DNA of 15,435 nucleotides, from assembly GCA_965215885.1 (NCBI GenBank), contig CBDCEW010000056.1:1-15435 (forward strand), in the 5' to 3' direction. Within the stretch, counting starts at the first letter, position 1, and every line of letters starts with the position of its first letter. Position numbers and translations under genes: made by a program. Below the pieces are notes generated by a model. The model was not told the origin of the DNA, did no database searches, and worked only from the letters and a program-made list of their open reading frames with translations. The DNA is from Candidatus Moanibacter sp. Its GTDB lineage: Bacteria; Verrucomicrobiota; Verrucomicrobiia; Opitutales; UBA2987. Below are positions 1-8,222 of the stretch, piece by piece.

Positions 1-2511
1 TTGTAAATCGGCGATATTGTGCGGATTCCAGGCGTGCCGTTCACCCGATTTGCGCCAGTGGAATATTCCGGGATTGGGAAGGATCGCATACCCGTTTTGA
101 TGCCGTGGCGGATAGCCGAGTTGATGGCGTCGGGTTGCCTCTTGCGCCAGGACTTCAAACCCGACACCCTTGATGCGGCTTGGAGTCCCCGCGAAACAGG
201 TGTCGATGACTTCTTCATTCAATCCCACTGCTTCGAAAATCTGCGCGCCCTTGTAACTCTGAAGCGTGGAAATGCCCATTTTGGCCATCACTTTAAGCAT
301 TCCTTTGGCGACCCCTTTACGATACGAGCCGACGATCTTATCCTCGGTCCAGCCAGCCTCCAGGATGCCGTCTCGTTGCGCCTGGGAGATGGCTTCAAAG
401 GCGATGTAGGGATTGATGGCGTCGGCTCCGTAGCCGGTCAGGAGGCAGTGGTGATGAACTTCGCGCGCTTCACCGGATTCGATGATTATTCCGATACGAG
501 TACGTTGTTCTCGCCTCACCAGATGATGGTGGACGGCGCCGCAAGCCAGTAGTGAACTGATCGGGATGCGGTCGAAACCCATCGCCCGGTCGGACAAAAT
601 CACGAGTTTAAAACCTTCATCGATCGCTTCCGCGGACTCGTCGCAGATTCTTCTCAGAGCGCGTTGCAATCCTTCCGGGCCCTCCTCGCGGGGGGAGGTG
701 ATGTCAATGGTGCGCGACCTCCAACCGCGATGGTCAATTTCCTTCAGCGTCGCCAGCTGTTCGTTAGAGAGAATGGGGTGGGGAACAACCAGGCGCTGAC
801 ATTGTTCCTCCGTCGTTTCCAGCAGATTGCCCTCCGGACCGACGAAACATTCGAGCGACATGATGACCTCTTCTCGAATCGAATCGATCGCTGGATTCGT
901 TACCTGGGCGAAGAGCTGTTTAAAATAGTCATACAGCATTCGCGGGTGGTCACTCAGACATGCCAGGGCTGCGTCATCTCCCATCGAGCCGATCGGGTCT
1001 TTCTCCACGTTGACCAGCGGCAAGAGAAGAAATTGCATCGTTTCTACGGTGTAACCGAAAGCCTGCATTTTTTTCAGAAGCTCATCCGGTTGGGATGGTT
1101 TCAGAGGTGCGGCTTTGGGCAACTCATCCAGCGCGACGCGTTGCCGGCTCAGCCAATCGGCGTAAGGCCTACTTTGCGAAACGAGCTGCTTTAGCTCATC
1201 GTCGGCTACGATGCGGCCCTGCTCGAAATCGACCAGAAACATTCTGCCGGGTTGCAGCCTGCCCTTGTATTCAACCTGCTCTGGCGGGATTTTGAGAACG
1301 CCGACTTCGCTCGACATTACAACCTTATCGTCCTTCGTCAGATAAAATCGACTAGGCCGTAATCCATTGCGATCGAGGACGGCGCCGATATATTTGCCGT
1401 CAGTGAAAGAAATGGAGGCGGGTCCATCCCACGGTTCCTGGAGAGCTGAGTAGTATTCGTAGAAGGCCGCCTTTTCCTTGGGCATGTCATGATGATTCTG
1501 CCACGCCTCCGGAATCATCATCATCACGACCTCGGAGAGACTGCGCCCGGCGTGGTAGAGCATTTCCAAGGCGTTATCGAAATTGCCCGAATCGGAACAT
1601 TCGGGTTCGATGATCGGAAAGAGCTTCACAAGGTCTTCGCCGAAGAGTGCGCTTTGCATGACACCTTGCCGCGCGAACATCCAGTTCATGTTTCCGCGCA
1701 GGGTGTTAATCTCCCCGTTATGGCACATAAATCGGTTAGGCTGGGCGCGATCCCAGCTGGGAAACGTGTTTGTGGAGAAGCGGGAGTGCACCATGGCGAG
1801 GTGGCTCTTATAATCGCGGTCCTGGAGGTCAGGAAAATAGGGGAGTAGCTGGTGTGTGGTCAGCATGCCCTTATATACAAGGACCTTGGTCGAAAGTGAG
1901 CAGAGGTAGAACAACAGGGCTTGCTTGAGATTGCTCCCACGCAGCCGGTGGCTCGCCCTCTTGCGAATAATAAAGAGTTGCCTCTCCAGTGCCTCTTGCT
2001 CGAGACCGTCCGCCGCCGCAATGAAAAGTTGCTCCATGGCGGGTTCTCCGGCGCGAGCGGAGGGTCCGATATCCGCCTCGTCCGCCCTCGTTGGCAGCGG
2101 TCGCCAGCCGATGAGAATCTGGCCCTGCTCCCGGATTATTTCGTTTACCGTCTCTTTGCAGATTCGTCGTTCTTCAGGGTCGGTGGGAAGAAAAGCGATC
2201 CCGACCCCGTAATGGCCCGGTGGAGGGAGGTCGCTCTCGAGATCCGCCGCCGCTACCTTCGAGAGAAATTCGTGAGGAAGCGCCGTCAACATGCCGGCAC
2301 CGTCCCCGGTGTTCGGCTCGCACCCGCATGCGCCACGGTGAACTAAATGACGAAGGATCTCGGTTGCATCGTCGATGATCTGACGCGATCGAACACCCTT
2401 GATGTGTGCGACAAATCCGACGCCGCAGCTGTCGTGCTCGTTCGCCGGGTCGTAGAGACCCCGCGGTCGGGGAAAACCTCCTGTGTAGACGTTGGCGGCT
2501 TCTCGCTTCAT
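1..2511 (-). CDS. gltB: Glutamate synthase large subunit, 5' part (runs off window start)
   Basis: Not in the ORF track because no stop falls in the window. Manual translation from ATG at 2511 gives MKREAANVYTGGFPRPRGLYDPANEHDSCGVGFVAHIKG (propeptide plus catalytic Cys). Later segments read KVMAKMGISTLQSYKGAQIFEAVG and, at the edge, GIFHWRKSGERHAWNP. All are GltB hallmarks; the frame was spot-checked, not read codon by codon. Confidence 0.97.
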   Translation of the reverse strand, partial: MKREAANVYTGGFPRPRGLYDPANEHDSCGVGFVAHIKGVRSRQIIDDATEILRHLVHRGACGCEPNTGDGAGMLTALPHEFLSKVAAADLESDLPPPGHYGVGIAFLPTDPEERRICKETVNEIIREQGQILIGWRPLPTRADEADIGPSARAGEPAMEQLFIAAADGLEQEALERQLFIIRKRASHRLRGSNLKQALLFYLCSLSTKVLVYKGMLTTHQLLPYFPDLQDRDYKSHLAMVHSRFSTNTFPSWDRAQPNRFMCHNGEINTLRGNMNWMFARQGVMQSALFGEDLVKLFPIIEPECSDSGNFDNALEMLYHAGRSLSEVVMMMIPEAWQNHHDMPKEKAAFYEYYSALQEPWDGPASISFTDGKYIGAVLDRNGLRPSRFYLTKDDKVVMSSEVGVLKIPPEQVEYKGRLQPGRMFLVDFEQGRIVADDELKQLVSQSRPYADWLSRQRVALDELPKAAPLKPSQPDELLKKMQAFGYTVETMQFLLLPLVNVEKDPIGSMGDDAALACLSDHPRMLYDYFKQLFAQVTNPAIDSIREEVIMSLECFVGPEGNLLETTEEQCQRLVVPHPILSNEQLATLKEIDHRGWRSRTIDITSPREEGPEGLQRALRRICDESAEAIDEGFKLVILSDRAMGFDRIPISSLLACGAVHHHLVRREQRTRIGIIIESGEAREVHHHCLLTGYGADAINPYIAFEAISQAQRDGILEAGWTEDKIVGSYRKGVAKGMLKVMAKMGISTLQSYKGAQIFEAVGLNEEVIDTCFAGTPSRIKGVGFEVLAQEATRRHQLGYPPRHQNGYAILPNPGIFHWRKSGERHAWNPHNIADLQ

Positions 2512-3521
2512 CGATTGTTACCCCGCCCGGTATGCGTAGGCTTTTTGTCACCAGATGTTCGCGAGTGCTCGGGAAGATCCCCATCGGCATTTTGCACCTC
2601 GTTGTTCAGGAAAAGCCGCCTGCCGTTTCGGAATTGCACCCGCGGTTTCTCATGAAGAAGCTCAACGAACTTGGTCGCTGACACGCTGAGAGATCTGTGT
2701 CGTCTGTGGACGATTCCTAACGGGCGATATCGTTTGTCGGATTTAAGTCGAATTCCTCGGATGGCTCCGTCGCTTGTTTCTCTCTCCACTGTTGGTCGGG
2801 GGAGCAATGCCACTCCGGAACCGATTTCGATTGCTCGCTTGATGTTTTCAATATTGTCGAATTCGTGTAAAATGTTTACTGAGATCTTTTCTTCCCGAAG
2901 CCACCGGTCCACTTTTTTCCGGATGGTCAACTCTTTCGTGAATCCGATATAATCTTCGCCCTGCATGTCGCTCCACGATAGCAGATGTCGGTCGGCCAGC
3001 CGATGATTCCCCGGAACAACGAGGATCATCTCCTGTTCCTGCCAGGGAATGCAGTTTACTTCACCACCCTCACGAGGGAAGGAGACGATTCCAAAATCAG
3101 CTTCATCATGGAAGATGCGCGCGTAGACTTCGTCGGGATGAAGATATTCAAGGTCTGCTTGAGCATCGGGATAAAGAGCGCGAAAGCGCTTGATGTAGGA
3201 GTCCATCTCGAGGAGACCGACCGAATAAATCACTGCTACGCGAACGCGACCGATCACCTCGTTCTTGATCTGGCGTATGCGGTCTTCCACTCTCTGAAAC
3301 GAGCCAAGCATCTTCCTACACCCTTCAAAATAGATCTGGCCTGACGCTGTCAGTTCCAGGGGGCGTTTCGAGCGATCAATGAGTTGCGTTCCCAGCCGCT
3401 TCTCGAGAATATTGACAGCCTGACTCGCTGAAGACTGCGCAACATGGCAGACTTCCGCAGCTTTTGAAAAACTCCTCCGGCTTACCACTTCGCAGAATAT
3501 CTCAACATTGCGTAGTTGCAC
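2508..3521 (-). CDS. LysR-family transcriptional regulator
   Basis: N-terminal HTH (QLRNVEIFCEVVSRRSFSKAA...SQAVNILEKRLGTQLIDRSKRPLELT) and substrate-binding domain (EFDNIENIKRAIEIGSGVALLP). The start is placed at GTG 3521, where LysR homology begins, rather than 3596. The TGA stop overlaps the gltB ATG (ATGA). Confidence 0.93.
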   Translation of the reverse strand: MQLRNVEIFCEVVSRRSFSKAAEVCHVAQSSASQAVNILEKRLGTQLIDRSKRPLELTASGQIYFEGCRKMLGSFQRVEDRIRQIKNEVIGRVRVAVIYSVGLLEMDSYIKRFRALYPDAQADLEYLHPDEVYARIFHDEADFGIVSFPREGGEVNCIPWQEQEMILVVPGNHRLADRHLLSWSDMQGEDYIGFTKELTIRKKVDRWLREEKISVNILHEFDNIENIKRAIEIGSGVALLPRPTVERETSDGAIRGIRLKSDKRYRPLGIVHRRHRSLSVSATKFVELLHEKPRVQFRNGRRLFLNNEVQNADGDLPEHSRTSGDKKPTHTGRGNNR

Positions 3522-3561
3522 GACCCTTAGATATTCGTATATACGATTGAAAGTCCAGAAC

Positions 3562-3582
3562 TTTATCGAGTTTCCTGATAAA
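3562..3582. promoter_or_regulatory. Putative LysR operator (T-N11-A dyad)
   Basis: Perfect dyad TTTATC-N9-GATAAA (ATC-N9-GAT core) 41-61 bp upstream of the LysR GTG start. Confidence 0.55.
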
Positions 3583-3654
3583 ATGATCCGGTGCATCCGT
3601 TGTCGTCATCGCATGGTCTGAGATAATAGAGTGCGCTATCAGAGTTCGATACCG

Positions 3655-3713
3655 GCAGAGTGAGACAGGGGGGAGGTATGGCAACGGATGAAAGGAGAGC
3701 AACGGATGAGCTG
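3655..3713 (+). repeat. 59-bp direct repeat, copy 1
   Basis: GCAGAGTGAGACAGGGGGGAGGTATGGCAACGGATGAAAGGAGAGCAACGGATGAGCTG, identical to 4637-4695. Confidence 0.97.
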
Positions 3714-3766
3714 ATTCTGGTAGCCGCGTCGGCAACGACGGGGGCACTGGCCAAACTTGCGACCAA

Positions 3767-3845
3767 CGACTACGATTATGACTACGACCTTCGAGTGGAT
3801 TTTGAGCCGGTTCTTATTCGAAACTCGTCGGCATAATCGTAGTCG
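3767..3845. repeat. Hexamer-periodic inverted repeat (hairpin)
   Basis: CGACTACGATTATG (3767-3780) is the exact reverse complement of CATAATCGTAGTCG (3832-3845). Confidence 0.85.
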
Positions 3846-3984
3846 AAACTCGACGGGAGAGCACGGCCTGCCATGAGCCCTGCCTGCGGTGAGCCCGCCG
3901 AACCGTCGAATGGATTGGGAGTCACGAAGGGAGAAGGGAGATTGTTCGATCCTCTGTCGTGGTTCATTATCGTGATCTAAATTC

Positions 3985-4058
3985 GAGGGAGCTTTTCACC
4001 CCGTAAGGGAACCTTTGTCGCAAGCTTCGTCGTCAACTTTGTCGTGAGCTTCGGCGAA
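3985..4058 (+). repeat. GAGGGAG..CCCGT(A/C)AGGGAAC motif followed by four degenerate 12-mers (approx. CTTYGTCGNNAR)
   Basis: Closely matches 4799-4846 and 4905-4966. The 12-bp periodicity is visible: ctttgtcgcaag/cttcgtcgtcaa/ctttgtcgtgag/cttcggcgaa. Confidence 0.85.
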
Positions 4059-4081
4059 ATCTCCTCAATTTCGATTCTCCC

Positions 4082-4441
4082 TTAGATTGGTTTACCCCTG
4101 ATCATTGCTGCTGTCATACTCGCAATTCTGAAAAGCAGGGGTTTCCCCACGTCAGCATCCTCCGAACGAAGGAGGCCCTTTAGGACACAAAGATCCAGTT
4201 GAGCCGCCAGTTTGATCGTTGACTGGTGAGCATTCTGAAGAAAACTTCGCTGATCCTTTTCTGTGTAACGACCGTTACCTTCCGCAATGTTCAGCACGAT
4301 GCTTGTAGCGAACGCATCCAATTTGCGAAGTAAGGGTACCGGCAGTCTGGCCGAAAACTCCGATTCGCAGAACCATCGAATCACTTCAAGAGCAACTACA
4401 TAGACGTGGAGTTTCTCGTGATTGAAGGTAGCGCTAAAGGG
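4082..4441 (-). pseudogene. Four-helix-bundle protein (23S rRNA intervening-sequence protein / bAvd-like clan), lacking a start codon before its conserved N-terminus
   Basis: The frame reads FNHEKLHVYVVAL...KLDAFATSIVLNIAEGNGR...FLQNAHQS...AAQLD, with the typical F.HEKL.VY and S(I)xLNIAEG motifs. An in-frame TGA sits at 4442-4444, and no ATG/GTG/TTG occurs until GTG 4384, downstream of the first motif. Confidence 0.75.
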
Positions 4442-4577
4442 TCAGGGGAGATTAGAACAGAGTATTGGGCGATGGCGAGGACAAGGAGTTCCAGATCCCT
4501 GTCGTCAACCTTGTCGAATTCCCCTCAACAGGAGTGAACCTCCTTCCAGCGCCTCAGAAATACGTAGAAGATAGTAG

Positions 4578-4616
4578 AAACGACGAAGTTTACGACGAGG
4601 CTTACGACGAAGTTTG
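4578..4616 (-). repeat. 12-mer array in inverted orientation
   Basis: acgacgaagttt/acgacgaggctt/acgacgaagttt, the reverse complement of the 12-mers at 4013-4058 and 4501-4516. Confidence 0.85.
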
Positions 4617-4636
4617 AGGAGGGATGTTCGATGCAA

Positions 4637-4695
4637 GCAGAGTGAGACAGGGGGGAGGTATGGCAACGGATGAAAGGAGAGCAACGGATGAGCTG
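4637..4695 (+). repeat. 59-bp direct repeat, copy 2
   Basis: Identical to 3655-3713. The match extends upstream through GTTCGAT (3644-3650 / 4626-4632). Confidence 0.97.
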
Positions 4696-4724
4696 TGGTC
4701 AGAGGCAGAGCGCTACCAGAGCTT

Positions 4725-4967
4725 CTTTGTCGTAAGCTTCGTCGTTCTTCTCGGTCGTTTATCGATAAAGCTTACGACGAAGATTACGATTAAGTTTGGA
4801 GGGAGTTTCTCCCCCCGTCAGGGAACCTTCGTCGTAAGCTTCGTCGTTCTTCTCGATCGTCTATCTATCGACCAAGTTTACGACGAAGATTACGATTAAG
4901 TTTGGAGGGAGCTTCTTCCACCCGTCAGGGAACCTTCGTCGTAAGCTTGATCGTCAACTTCGTCGTC
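4725..4967 (+). repeat. Tandem repeat, about 2.3 units of 102-107 bp, each with an internal hairpin
   Basis: Units start at 4725, 4827 and 4934 (partial). The two full units have CTT(T/C)GTCGTAAGCTT...AAG(C/T)TTACGACGAAG arms followed by ATTACGATTAAGTTTGGAGGGAG...CCCGTCAGGGAAC. Confidence 0.93.
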
Positions 4968-5017
4968 TGTAAATGATGCAGGTTGGTTCGGGCTTGAATG
5001 GCGTGAGGTCAAAGGTT

Positions 5018-7390
5018 CAGACCTCACTATATTGCCCCTCTAAAGGCACTATGCAATCGCAAGTTTAAATCCCGATTTTTTGCCCAGTCGGAAGATGATT
5101 GTTCGGCCTGAACCGTCGGGCATCAGTAAGGGCTTCTGATTGAGAGTTTGCAGATACTCAAGCACCACCGCCTGCACCCGAGGGGGATAAGTTGCGGTGG
5201 GGAATAAATGCGCTTCGACCGCACAGCCCCTCTCTATAAGAACGCCGTCACTGTGAGTCAAATTGCGAAACAGATCGTGGTCGTCACGATAGTTGTTGTA
5301 GCGAGCTTTAAAGGGTTCGAGCTGCTTGTAGAAGCTGTTACGGGCGAAGATTTTCAAGGCATCCATGAGGGACTTGTTAGCGGTGTCCAGGCGGACATAG
5401 TTTTCATCAATGAGGCGCTGCAGCCTCGAGCATTCGGTGTCGATTTGCTCCAGTTCGAGTTGGAGGGCTTTGAGGGCCTGATCGAGTCGACGGATCTTTT
5501 CGCCCCTTGAGGCGCTTTTGCCCGGGTGGGCATGCTCGGCCAGGAGCAGTCTTTTCAATTCTTCGGTGCATTGCTGTTTTTGCTTCAGGAGGGCTTTGGC
5601 GGCACCGCTTTTCTCCTGCTTGTCCTCAAGGTGTTGGGCTAATCGCTTGTAGTGGACGGTGCGATAAGAGGTGATCTGATTAATCCCAAAGTGCTTATCG
5701 AGGTATTTGAAGTCATTCTCCTGAATCCAGCGACTGAACATCCCTTTGATTACCTCTTCATTTCGGGCCTGCTGATCGGTCGCCAGGATGCTCACGGTAA
5801 TGGTTCGATTTTTTGGATTGGTCGCCTCCACGATCCACTGCACCAGTTGAGGATTTTTCTTCCAGGGGCCCCGCTGATAGCGAAGATGATACTCCTGGAG
5901 ATCTTCGGCATGGTTGCGCGCGCGCTGCAGGCGCAACTGCCCGTCGATCCGTTGGAGGGGCTGGGCGCTGGCCTTGTAACCTTTTTCCCAGGTAATGATT
6001 TCGAGTTGAGGGTGCTCCACGATGGCTTCGTAAAACCACTCCGCGGCGATCGCCCGGTCCACGTAAATGCTCACCTTCTTATCAGCCGGCAACTGCACCA
6101 GCTCGAGCATCGCTTCGCAGTTGGGGATAAACCGTTCCCTTATATCCTCATAGTTGTCAGTGCTCGCAAAATAGACCGGATAGCCCTTGAGGGTATGAAT
6201 AAAATCGCTGTGGAGCGCTTTGTCGGCCAGACGGATACCCGGACACCATCCCGCCAGCACCTTGCTCATTCCGGTGTAATGTTTGGTGTGCGGATCATAA
6301 TAAAAGCTCTCTTCATCCGAAGCATTCAGGCCCCTCGCGTTCACTCTGAGGATCTCTCTTAAAAGCCCTTCATCGGCCAGGGCGCTAAGGCTTTGGCGTT
6401 GCAGATAGGGGGTATACAGGACTCGCCCGATGAGTTTTTGCAGGTCTTCGAGATCGAGCAGTTTGCTCTGCTCGATATTGACCGCGGCCAACAACCCGCA
6501 AGCCACCCATTGTTTCAAAAGCCAGCCCTCTTCGCGATCAATCTGAGCGACTTCTCTGAGCGCGGCACTGAACAGAAGTACTCCCAAGTGCCGATACCAT
6601 TGCACCGCTTCGGAGCTCTCCCTCGAAAAATCGGGAGACCCCTTGCGATTGTCCCCTTCGCTTTCGGGGCTATTTTCTGCTTCTTGCTCCTGTTCGTCCC
6701 TCCCCGAGTCCTCCGGGCAATCCCAGGGAGTCTCCCGATTTTGCGCCCTCTCGGCTTCGGCCTCCTTTGCCCGGGCCTCTTTAAGCTCCTTAAAGACAGG
6801 GCGCAAAGTTTCCCCACTGAGGTTAACTCCGAACACCTCCTCGATCTCCCCCCGTATCTTCTTGCTGTAGCCATACCGACTCTCCCCATAGATCTGCCCG
6901 AAGCGCACCCGCACAAAACTCCGGATTTCCCTCGTCAATTTGCGATGAGCGCTGCGTCCCGCCAGCACTCGCGCTAAGGTCTCGGCATCTCCGCTTTGAA
7001 GCGCCTCCCCCACCGCTTCATCGTTTTGGGGTCAACCTCAAATTGCTTCTCTAAGCGCCCTTTCTTCAACCCCGCATTGTAGAGGCGCCCCTCCAATAGC
7101 TTGAATTCAACTTGCTCCCGATCGTCCTCTACGACTTCAAAAAGCTCATGCCCGTAATAGACGTGCAGTTTGCCTTCCCTCAGATCCCGATAGACCGTGA
7201 TCGAGGGATTACCCTTGTCCACTCCAAGGATGCACTGTAAGAAGGTCTCTTCTTTGACGGTAGGTTTCTCCATTTTTCTTCGAATTTGATGGTTCGAAGA
7301 TGAAGCCTACCGTTTTCTTTAGCTCTTAAAAGCCGGGAATTGTATCTGCGATTGCCCCCTGCCCGCCAACCCGCATGATAGCGAGTTCTG
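5018..7390 (-). mobile_element. Insertion sequence, 2,373 bp, family unassigned (DDE, IS4-like clan)
   Basis: Imperfect terminal IRs CAGACCTCACTATATTGC vs CAGAACTCGCTATCATGC (14/18). A 6-bp target duplication AAGGTT lies at 5012-5017 and 7391-7396. The element encloses a transposase. Confidence 0.9.
5049..7273 (-). pseudogene. Large DDE transposase (~741 aa if joined), frameshifted near 7007-7011
   Basis: Acidic triad candidates are YYDPH, YVDRA and RWIQENDFKY (R-W-x-x-E signature). The N-terminal ORF 6974-7273 ends in an HTH-like segment (FEVDPKTMKRWG) that continues as EALQSGD in the other frame across a G5 run. Confidence 0.8.
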
Positions 7391-7457
7391 AAGGTTAGAA
7401 ATGAATCCGTCTTCGAGGAGCGGCGAATTACGCAAATTTGGCGCCGATTAGTTTCCA

Positions 7458-8222
7458 ATGAATACGAGCGATAAAGTCATGATCGGGGTAGTAGGAGGGG
7501 TTGGTCCCTATGCCGGGATCGACCTCGTACGGAAAATTTTCGATCAAACCAGGGCTGGATGCGATCAAGATCATTTGCCGGTTTCGATGCTTTCCTTGCC
7601 TGGAATGATCTCGGATCGAACGGAGTACCTATTAGGCATAACGGAAGAGAATCCAGGGATAGCAATTTCAAACGTAATCTGTCGCTTATTCAAACTGGGA
7701 GCCTCGGTTGTTGGTATTCCCTGCAATACTGCTCATGCAGTTCCGATTTTTGACGAAATCGTTGCGAGAATTCCAAAGGAAATAAATCTGATCCACATGA
7801 TCGATGAGGTGGCGAAGTACATAAAATTGCAGCACCCATCAGTGGGTAATGTGGGTATATTGTCTACCACCGGTACTCTTAAATCGAATGTCTATCCTCA
7901 ATGTTTGTCGCGACATGGCTTGAATGGAATTCAAGTTCCGGAGGAAATCCAGAGGTGCCACATTCACCCAGCTATCTACAGTCCGGAATATGGTATTAAG
8001 GCGCAGTCAAATCCTGTTTCAGCAGAGGCGGAAAACGGGTTACACGTGGGTATAGAGAATCTGGTTCGGAATGGTGTGGAGGCGGTGATTCTGGGGTGTA
8101 CCGAGATTCCGCTGGCATTGACGGAGACGGACGTTAACGGAGTGCCCTTAATCGATCCGACGAGGATTCTCGCCCGCGCCTTGATCCTGGCGGTATCTCC
8201 GGAAGATCTTGCACCGCGCTGA
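7458..8222 (+). CDS. PLP-independent aspartate/glutamate-family amino-acid racemase
   Basis: IGVVGGVGPYAG N-terminus, DQDH, and the two catalytic Cys motifs PCNTAH and LGCTEIP. Confidence 0.95.
   Translation: MNTSDKVMIGVVGGVGPYAGIDLVRKIFDQTRAGCDQDHLPVSMLSLPGMISDRTEYLLGITEENPGIAISNVICRLFKLGASVVGIPCNTAHAVPIFDEIVARIPKEINLIHMIDEVAKYIKLQHPSVGNVGILSTTGTLKSNVYPQCLSRHGLNGIQVPEEIQRCHIHPAIYSPEYGIKAQSNPVSAEAENGLHVGIENLVRNGVEAVILGCTEIPLALTETDVNGVPLIDPTRILARALILAVSPEDLAPR

Noticed and set aside
19..2681. Many + strand ORFs, and the minus-strand ORF 2174-2590
   Set aside because: Antisense or alternate-frame shadows of gltB and lysR.
3502..3967. Short ORFs 3502-3747, 3563-3766 and 3782-3967 (also 4624-4899)
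   Set aside because: Translations of repeat DNA with no recognisable protein features.
3655..4695. Diversity-generating retroelement (Avd-like gene plus TR/VR pair)
   Set aside because: No reverse transcriptase in the window. The 59-bp repeats are identical, and the 69-bp pair at 14981/15243 has mismatches that are not adenine-specific and are not in a credible CDS.
4725..4967. CRISPR array
   Set aside because: Units are ~105 bp and nearly wholly repeated, with no unique spacers and no cas genes in the window.
5208..6977. + strand ORFs within the IS as passenger genes
   Set aside because: Antisense shadows of the transposase.
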